Notes under the pieces: generated by a model | Databases searched by the model: none | Told to the model about the DNA's origin: nothing | The model's input: only the letters and a program-made list of their open reading frames with translations | Program-made: the position numbers and the translations under genes | In this document: positions 46,483 to 52,416 of the stretch, one piece after another | Position numbering within the stretch: the stretch's first letter is position 1 | Layout of the letters: the number at the start of each line of letters is the position of its first letter | Source of the DNA: Candidatus Saccharimonadales bacterium | GTDB taxonomy: Bacteria; Patescibacteriota; Saccharimonadia; Saccharimonadales; JAXHNE01 | Length of the DNA: 64,000 bases | Reading direction: 5' to 3' | Assembly (NCBI GenBank): GCA_041600755.1 | Contig: JBFIJL010000003.1 | Span: 36,678 to 100,677 of the forward strand

Positions 46483-46490
46483 ATTATACA
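46483..46490 (-). promoter_or_regulatory. candidate extended -10 promoter (TGTATAAT) of sodN
   Basis: Minus-strand TGTATAAT lies 27 nt upstream of the sodN ATG, and the SD lies between them. Confidence 0.4.
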
Positions 46491-46520
46491 GTTCGAGACA
46501 AGCTCATCATGAATACAAAA

Positions 46521-47357
46521 CTAACTCACCGTTTTAAGAATTTTTTGAATTTCCTTCCAGCTCATTGGAAAACAGGCTGCTATCTCGAAATCTCCAGTTG
46601 CATCTGCAAAAACCTTCATGGCAACAGATTCACCATCTATGTCAAACTTTCTTCCGTGCTCATCACGGCTCTTTTCAAAAAACTCACCCATCTTGAGGTA
46701 AATGTCTCGGTATTTTACCGACTCAATCAAGCCAGTCTTAAACTGTAACATCAGAGGTGTTTGTCTTAGTCTTGAAGTTTCTTCATCAACTGTTTCGCCG
46801 GCTCTTGCATACACCATACCAAACGCAAAGCGCAATATATTAATTCGACCAATTCTATCTTCGCTGCTCTGAGCGGTACCAACCGCAATCTCTGTTCTGG
46901 CCCCTGTGCTTAATGCCTCATTGGTCATTATTTCATCCAGCAAACTGTCTTTATCTATCAAAATAGCCATAAGCTTTTTAAATTTCCTTACATTAGTGTC
47001 TTGAATTTCGTTCTTCAGTAATCTAGCAGCTATAGCTGTGCCTATATATAGTTCTGCCAGCTCACTCCGGGTCAATCTATAGGCCTCGCCATATCGATGC
47101 ACTAGCTTATCGACAGTTGGCTGATCGTATAGAAGCGTAAATCTTGACCCTATACCGTCATCTTCAATTTTTGCAGGAAATTCACAGAACAAGCTTGGGT
47201 CTTCTACGCGCTCAATTTTTAAATTATTTCGAAACAATTCTGACTCGGAGGAGTTTGAAGTGATCTGTTCAGTGAGCCAATCAGCCTGCCTATTTGCAAT
47301 TATCTCCAAATCACTCAGTTCATTCGGACGAGGCTCGAACTCCATTGACCCAGTCAT
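46521..47357 (-). CDS. hypothetical protein (278 aa) translationally coupled to trmD
   Basis: ATG 47357 forms an ATGA overlap with the trmD stop. The track start at 47372 is also possible. No motif recognised, no TM. Confidence 0.5.
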   Translation of the reverse strand: MTGSMEFEPRPNELSDLEIIANRQADWLTEQITSNSSESELFRNNLKIERVEDPSLFCEFPAKIEDDGIGSRFTLLYDQPTVDKLVHRYGEAYRLTRSELAELYIGTAIAARLLKNEIQDTNVRKFKKLMAILIDKDSLLDEIMTNEALSTGARTEIAVGTAQSSEDRIGRINILRFAFGMVYARAGETVDEETSRLRQTPLMLQFKTGLIESVKYRDIYLKMGEFFEKSRDEHGRKFDIDGESVAMKVFADATGDFEIAACFPMSWKEIQKILKTVS

Positions 47358-47992
47358 TGATTGCTTCTCCATTTTTCAATATTGGCATGGTGGCCGCTCA
47401 GCAGCACTTCCGGTACTGTTAAGTCCTGGAAGGTCTCAGGACGGGTGTACTGAGGAAATTCAATACTAACGTCATCTTGCTGGAAAGATTCAATTTCGAC
47501 CGACTGATCGCCCCCTAGTACGCCTGGGAGCAAGCGAACAACACTATCTACTAACAACATCGCCGGAATTTCACCGCCAGTAAGCACATACGGCCCTATG
47601 CAGTATTGCTCATCTATCCAATTGGTTACTCGTTCATCGTAGCCCTCATAACGTGGGCACAAGATAATAATTCCGTTGTTGTCGGCTGCAATTTGCTTAA
47701 CTTTCGACTGCTTGAGCATTTCTCCACGAGGCGTTGGCAGATATACCTTGGCGGTAGGATCTTGTTTTTTAGCGTGCTCGATTGCTGCGACCATTGGCTC
47801 TATCATCAACAACATTCCATCGCCACCACCGTAAGGAGTGTCGTCAACCATTCTGCGAGGGCCTAGTCCAAAAGTCCGTAAATCTATAGTTTCGTAACTA
47901 ACAACCCCCTGTTCGCTAGCCTTCCAGAGCATGCTCGACCCAAAAACTGGAGTGAACATCTCTGGAAACAGTGTAATAATTTGCACTTTCAT
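47354..47992 (-). CDS. trmD: tRNA (guanine37-N1)-methyltransferase
   Basis: MKVQIITLFPEMF start and the LTGGEIPAMLLVDSVVRLLPGVLG SPOUT knot motif. The track start at 48028 overlaps the divergent promoter. Confidence 0.9.
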   Translation of the reverse strand: MKVQIITLFPEMFTPVFGSSMLWKASEQGVVSYETIDLRTFGLGPRRMVDDTPYGGGDGMLLMIEPMVAAIEHAKKQDPTAKVYLPTPRGEMLKQSKVKQIAADNNGIIILCPRYEGYDERVTNWIDEQYCIGPYVLTGGEIPAMLLVDSVVRLLPGVLGGDQSVEIESFQQDDVSIEFPQYTRPETFQDLTVPEVLLSGHHANIEKWRSNQ

Positions 47993-48012
47993 CATAATTA
48001 TAGTACCACATA

Positions 48013-48041
48013 TTGACATAGTGTGCATTAGCTTCTATTAT
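48013..48041 (+). promoter_or_regulatory. candidate sigma70-type promoter of the lipoprotein gene
   Basis: TTGACA (48013-48018), 17-nt spacer, TATTAT (48036-48041). SD TAGGAG lies before the ATG at 48073. Confidence 0.45.
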
Positions 48042-48072
48042 ATTAGTAAATCAACGAAATTAGGAGTGATAA

Positions 48073-48525
48073 ATGAGCGAAACATTAACTGTATTTAAAA
48101 AGATTGCCCTCGGGACAACCCTTGCAGTCGGCGGGCTTTCTCTCGCGAGCTGTGCTGAAGGAAAATCTGTAACCGAGACATTCACCTATGCAGTAGACTG
48201 CAATGAAAAAGATATAAATGTGCTGAGTTCAGAGATTTCCCGTCTAGACAAAGCAAGCGTCATTTTTGATTGTGAAGGTGAAGCGCCAGCTTCTATTAAC
48301 CTAATTAGTGGAGGGGACACCGTTACGATTGAACCTGCAAACGGAGATGAGACTATCGCAATAATGGTGACGAATGTGACTGGCGACATGGGCCTCAGTA
48401 CTGAACTTAAAAGCGAAACAAAGGTAAATTCCTTTGGCAAAGATGGCGAGGTAACAATCAGCGGTGTTGATGAAATTCACAGCGTTGTTGTCGGCAGTCA
48501 GCTAGCTGGAGAAACTCAAGGGTAG
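48073..48525 (+). CDS. small secreted lipoprotein, unknown function
   Basis: 150 aa with lipobox LSLAS|C. Has its own promoter and terminator. Inserted on the opposite strand within the rpsP-trmD cluster. Confidence 0.6.
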   Translation: MSETLTVFKKIALGTTLAVGGLSLASCAEGKSVTETFTYAVDCNEKDINVLSSEISRLDKASVIFDCEGEAPASINLISGGDTVTIEPANGDETIAIMVTNVTGDMGLSTELKSETKVNSFGKDGEVTISGVDEIHSVVVGSQLAGETQG

Positions 48526-48546
48526 ACTCAAGGTATTTGTTCAAAT

Positions 48547-48575
48547 AAAAAGGCCCGGAATAACCGGGTCTTTTT
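48547..48575. terminator. bidirectional intrinsic terminator
   Basis: AAAAA-GGCCCGG-AATAA-CCGGGTC-TTTTT: 7-bp GC-rich stem flanked by an A-tract and a T-tract. Serves the convergent lipoprotein (+) and KH (-) genes. Confidence 0.7.
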
Positions 48576-48676
48576 ATCACATAAAGCTCCCAACCTTCAT
48601 AGAAATGATGATTGGCTCGCAAGAGCTGTTATTTTTTGTTTTTCGTCGTAGTCACGACCGTCAAGTACAAGAAGTA

Positions 48677-49126
48677 TTATATATCTAAATCATCAAGATC
48701 ATCAAGTTCTTTTCGAGTCTTACTTACAACATCACTTTCGTGTGATTCATAGGTGTCTTCTGGTGTTGTCTTCTCTTCTGAGGCATCTGGTGATTCTACT
48801 GGACTACTGTCGCCTGCATCACTTCTTGAAGATTCGTTATCTGATTCGTTTCGAGGGGCACGCTCAGGACGCGGTTCACCATTGTCAACAATCTTTAGGT
48901 TATAGCGCGCATCATTCTTTGTTCCAAGAGCACGTAGCAATGTTCGAAGAGACTGTGCAGTTGCACCGCGCTTACCGATAACACGCCCTAAGTCTTCTGG
49001 ATCAACTGTGAGTTCTAGCAACACGCCTTTCTCGTCAATTGTTCGTTCAATCGAAATTTTATCAGGCTTGCTGACAATCGACATAACTATAAATTCTACA
49101 AATTGCTGGTCAATACTTGCTGTCAT
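48677..49126 (-). CDS. KH-domain RNA-binding protein (YlqC/UPF0109-like) with acidic C-terminal tail
   Basis: N-terminal about 80 aa KH domain with the GxxG motif (VIGKRGATAQSLRTLL), then about 65 aa of Asp/Glu/Ser-rich tail. Confidence 0.75.
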   Translation of the reverse strand: MTASIDQQFVEFIVMSIVSKPDKISIERTIDEKGVLLELTVDPEDLGRVIGKRGATAQSLRTLLRALGTKNDARYNLKIVDNGEPRPERAPRNESDNESSRSDAGDSSPVESPDASEEKTTPEDTYESHESDVVSKTRKELDDLDDLDI

Positions 49127-49169
49127 GCGGTATTCCTTTTCATTAATCAGTATGTGTTTTTAGTATAAC

Positions 49170-49199
49170 AAAAATGACGCCATGAAGTGCGTCATTTTT
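49170..49199 (-). terminator. hairpin with flanking A/T tracts between rpsP and the KH gene (terminator or attenuator)
   Basis: ATGACGC-(8 nt)-GCGTCAT stem flanked by AAAA and TTTTT. On the minus strand it follows rpsP. Confidence 0.5.
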
Positions 49200-49222
49200 A
49201 AAAATCAAATGCTGGATTCGAG

Positions 49223-49648
49223 TTATTTTTCTTCAGCTTCTGAAGCCGTCTCTTCGACTGCCGGTGATTCTTCAGCTGCTTCTGGTGCAGGTGCTTCTTC
49301 GACTGGAGCTTCTTCAGCAACCGGAGCTTCTTCTTTAGGCTGATTCTTGCGAAGCTTTTCAGGGTTCTTTGTAGATTTTGTACCCTGCTCTGGAAGCTTA
49401 ACCCAAGATGGAAGCTTTACGCCGTTAGCTTTTAGAATCCGAGCAACACGCTCAGATGGCTGCGCGCCGTTAGATAGAAATGTAGCTGCTTTTTCGATAT
49501 CAACAGTTGTTTCTTTGGTGTGAGGATTATAGCTTCCTAGATTCTCAACAACACGACCACTGCTTGGTGTGCGACGTGAATCCTGAACAATCATGCGGAA
49601 TTGCGCATGTCCTTTACGACCAGTTCTTTGCAAACGAATAGCTAACAC
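49223..49648 (-). CDS. rpsP: 30S ribosomal protein S16 with Ala/Glu/Pro-rich C-terminal extension
   Basis: (M)LAIRLQRTGRKGHAQFRMIVQDSR...GSYNP is the bS16 core. GTG start with SD AGAGGT. About 55 aa of extension (EEAPVAEEAPVEEAPAPEAAEE). Confidence 0.9.
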   Translation of the reverse strand: MLAIRLQRTGRKGHAQFRMIVQDSRRTPSSGRVVENLGSYNPHTKETTVDIEKAATFLSNGAQPSERVARILKANGVKLPSWVKLPEQGTKSTKNPEKLRKNQPKEEAPVAEEAPVEEAPAPEAAEESPAVEETASEAEEK

Positions 49649-49727
49649 TAATGTAACCTCTTTCTAAACTCTCTTAAATAAGTTGTAATAAGTATCTGCT
49701 GTATTCTACAGATAACCACCCCTATTG

Positions 49728-50429
49728 TCAACTCTTGTCTTGATACTGTTTCAGGGCGGCCTCGGCGGCTGCAACTTGGCCTGCCTGCTTGCTAGGCCCC
49801 TGACCACTTCCTCTTAGTTCTCCAGCAACAAACACGCCAACAGTAAAAATCTTGTCATGATCCGGCCCTACCTCTTGCAGTACTTTATATGATGGAGTAT
49901 GACCATCGCGTTGTTGCACAAGCTCCTGCAAATTGGACTTCGGATCCATCCATGACCCTGTTTTTAGTATTTCATCGAAGGTAATCAGTAGTGATTTCTG
50001 AATGAACGTTTTGGCTGCATCAAAACCTTGGTCTAGGTAGAGTGCACCAACAATCGCTTCAAAACTATTGGCAAGTATTTGAGCACGGGCGCGATCAGTA
50101 CCGCGCTTTTCGCCACGACTTAAACGAAGTAAAGGCTCAAATCCACTTCGAGCAGCCGCATCACCAATGCTCTCAGTACGCACCAAACTACTTCGCCAGT
50201 TTGTTAGAATTCCTTCAGGGTCAGGGTAGCTAGTGTACAAAAATTCAGTCACCACGAGCTCCAGAACTGCATCGCCCAAAAACTCAAGACGCTCGTTGTG
50301 CTCTTTAGCTGTTTTTCTGTGTTCATTTACATACGATCTATGTGTAAACGCCGTGACTAATAAGTCAATATCATTAAACTCAACCTCAAGCACATCTCGA
50401 GCAAACGCTACATATTTTTGCACATCCAT
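49728..50429 (-). CDS. rnc: ribonuclease III
   Basis: 233 aa. RNase III signature ERLEFLGDAVLELVV and a C-terminal dsRBD. Confidence 0.9.
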   Translation of the reverse strand: MDVQKYVAFARDVLEVEFNDIDLLVTAFTHRSYVNEHRKTAKEHNERLEFLGDAVLELVVTEFLYTSYPDPEGILTNWRSSLVRTESIGDAAARSGFEPLLRLSRGEKRGTDRARAQILANSFEAIVGALYLDQGFDAAKTFIQKSLLITFDEILKTGSWMDPKSNLQELVQQRDGHTPSYKVLQEVGPDHDKIFTVGVFVAGELRGSGQGPSKQAGQVAAAEAALKQYQDKS

Positions 50430-50431
50430 AG

Positions 50432-50929
50432 TTACTGTTTCTGATTCCTTATCTTTTTCAGACCAAGTAGCATCAACTTACTAATGTCTTCATATTCTAT
50501 TTTATCGAGAGCTTCATTTGCAGAAAACCATTTTATGCCATTCATCCACTCCTCTGGTTTGAGTGCGTCGGTATCACCAAGTGCTTTTACGAGAAAGATT
50601 TCTGTAGTCATCAATACCAGACTAGTAACCCGTCGGTAGCGGAAATTTATCTTGCCAAGCCAGCTCAAAATCTCAACATCTATAAGGCCAGTCTCTTCGC
50701 CAATTTCACGCTTAGCAGTTTCTTTGGCGGTTTCGCCCTCTTCGATATGTCCCTTTGGAATCGTCCAGCGATTTTTTGCGTCCTGAATCAACAAAATCTC
50801 AATCTTGCCGTCCTTATCTTTTCGGTAAATCACGCCACCAGCAGTTGGCTCACGCACCACTTCATTGATGGTTGGTCGGCGAGTATTTACAAACTTCTTA
50901 ATGCCACTGATTGGTTTAGGTCGTTTCAT
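50432..50929 (-). CDS. NUDIX hydrolase
   Basis: Nudix box [29 protein letters not shown] overlap with the nusB stop. Confidence 0.75.
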   Translation of the reverse strand: MKRPKPISGIKKFVNTRRPTINEVVREPTAGGVIYRKDKDGKIEILLIQDAKNRWTIPKGHIEEGETAKETAKREIGEETGLIDVEILSWLGKINFRYRRVTSLVLMTTEIFLVKALGDTDALKPEEWMNGIKWFSANEALDKIEYEDISKLMLLGLKKIRNQKQ

Positions 50930-51432
50930 ACAGCCTTCTCTTTCGTTTCAGCAACAGGCTCGCTGACTTCAGCTTCTTTTTTCGTCTCAGAAGTTTCGGC
51001 GGCATCTCCAGCTTCATTGCGATACAGAGATCCAAGTACACCATTTATAAATTTACTGGAATTGTCCCCACCGAAAGCTTTTGCCAGCTCAACGGCTTCG
51101 TTTATCACAACCTTCGGTGGTGTGTCCTTCTGATGCAGTAGCTCGTAAGCACCAATTCGAAGCACTATACGATCCATTCGAGCTATTTGATCTAGCGGCC
51201 ACTCAGGTGCAAGCGGCTGCAAAGCCTCATCAAGCGCAGCAACGTTACTGTCTATGCCTTTTACTAAGTCTTTAACAAAAGCAACGTCATCAAGCGTTTG
51301 CTTGTAGCGCTTTATATTGCGATTTAAGACATCAGTGAGTTTAAATAACTTATCCTCGGAGGTAACTCGAAATTCCTGCTCGTACAATGTCTGCAGCACG
51401 ATAATACGACCAAGATGTCTGTTCGCGCTCAT
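50926..51432 (-). CDS. nusB: transcription antitermination factor NusB with acidic C-terminal tail
   Basis: 168 aa. NusB pattern ([13 protein letters not shown]...[25 protein letters not shown]). Confidence 0.85.
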   Translation of the reverse strand: MSANRHLGRIIVLQTLYEQEFRVTSEDKLFKLTDVLNRNIKRYKQTLDDVAFVKDLVKGIDSNVAALDEALQPLAPEWPLDQIARMDRIVLRIGAYELLHQKDTPPKVVINEAVELAKAFGGDNSSKFINGVLGSLYRNEAGDAAETSETKKEAEVSEPVAETKEKAV

Positions 51433-51549
51433 ATGCAGCCTTTCTGTGACGTTTTCACTCTTACCTTACCAAGCTCAGTCTCTGTGCTCAAAGCTTATGC
51501 TCTAAAGCATACCAAGAACCTGCTTGTCGGTGCAAGCCGGTGAAGACGT

Positions 51550-51687
51550 CTACTTTCCAGTTTCTTTCTTGGTTGTTGTAGCCTTCACAGGTGATTTTGC
51601 GTTCACAGCTCGTGCCAGCTTGATAACATGATGACTTCGGCGCATGCCAGTTTTGCGTGAAGAGGTCTGTTTCTTTGGTTGTCCCAT
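51550..51687 (-). CDS. rpmF: 50S ribosomal protein L32 (missing from the ORF track because it is under 60 aa)
   Basis: Manual translation: MGQPKKQTSSRKTGMRRSHHVIKLARAVNAKSPVKATTTKKETGK (45 aa). This matches the bL32 N-terminal pattern M-x-x-P-K-x-K-x-S-x-x-x-x-x-M-R-R-(S/A)-H. It overlaps the spurious 72-aa ORF in another frame. Confidence 0.8.
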   Translation of the reverse strand: MGQPKKQTSSRKTGMRRSHHVIKLARAVNAKSPVKATTTKKETGK

Positions 51688-51771
51688 ACTTAAATTGTCC
51701 TTTCAAAAATAATGGATTAAAACTTACCCGTTATTTTACCCTAGTCACGCCTGTTACGCAAGTCCAAATCA

Positions 51772-51800
51772 TTGACATTAGTTATGTTTTTTGGTGTAAT
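51772..51800 (+). promoter_or_regulatory. candidate promoter TTGACA-17-TGTAAT
   Basis: TTGACA (51772-51777), 17-nt spacer, TGTAAT (51795-51800), 8 nt upstream of the ATG at 51809. Confidence 0.4.
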
Positions 51801-51808
51801 TAAGTATT

Positions 51809-51988
51809 ATGGGACTAAAGCTACCTTCTACAAATGAACAAGGGCCTACCATTAATCTCGATGGTCTATTCGACAGAATTGTTGAAACCACGAAAAACAT
51901 CGGTCTTGTTGTTCTCAACTCCTTAAGTGTATTTGATTCAGGGTCGCAAAACTCAAATACATCGAGTGAAGAAAATGAGCATATTTAG
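51809..51988 (+). CDS. hypothetical small protein (59 aa), possibly leaderless
   Basis: ORF found by hand (MGLKLPSTNEQGPTINLDGLFDRIVETTKNIGLVVLNSLSVF...). Supported only by promoter geometry. Its last 14 nt overlap the next ORF. Confidence 0.3.
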   Translation: MGLKLPSTNEQGPTINLDGLFDRIVETTKNIGLVVLNSLSVFDSGSQNSNTSSEENEHI

Positions 51989-52406
51989 TCGAAAGTCGCC
52001 ACTGGAAATTATTTCACCCGCTGAAAGCAAGCCTAAAATTGTTCCGTCATGGGAGTCGCCCTCCCAAAGCAAAAAATTGCTATCTGTTTTGGGCCGAATA
52101 TGCAGCTCCGGCGCCAAGCCCCTCCCGATAGAAATTGCACGAAAAATAGTTGAATCTCCAGTTGTCAGAGTAGATCACACCAAGCCAAGCAGCAGCCCAC
52201 TTCAAACAACTCATATCGATAATATTGATCCGATTACTGTTGACCCAGTTCCACAAACTAGTTTCTACGACCAAGATAATGAAAATGATGCACACCAACC
52301 GCACTCACATGACACCAGCCAGATGCCATTGCCTCAAGGTGAAGACTTCTCATCTGTAAGTTCAAAAGAAATCAAAACAGTCGGCGATCACCTGCGAATT
52401 ACTTAA
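51975..52406 (+). CDS. hypothetical low-complexity (Pro/Ser-rich) protein
   Basis: ATG 51975 (MSIFSRK...), 143 aa. The track start at 51927 is GTG. The composition looks disordered, so coding status is uncertain. Confidence 0.35.
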   Translation: MSIFSRKSPLEIISPAESKPKIVPSWESPSQSKKLLSVLGRICSSGAKPLPIEIARKIVESPVVRVDHTKPSSSPLQTTHIDNIDPITVDPVPQTSFYDQDNENDAHQPHSHDTSQMPLPQGEDFSSVSSKEIKTVGDHLRIT

Positions 52407-52416
52407 AAACCATATC

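Noticed and set aside
34745-46500. Genomic island integrated at tRNA-Gln, suggested by the repeated tRNA 3' segment and the accessory-looking surface-protein genes downstream
   Set aside because: The partial repeat lies only about 165 bp from the tRNA. I found no integrase, recombinase, transposase or phage gene anywhere downstream and no second distal copy of the repeat. Composition does not visibly shift.
51488-51706. 72-aa ORF from the track (MKGQFKYGTTKETDLF...)
   Set aside because: It overlaps, in a different frame, a 45-aa ORF (51550-51687) whose translation is an unmistakable ribosomal protein L32 N-terminus. The 72-aa frame has no family resemblance.
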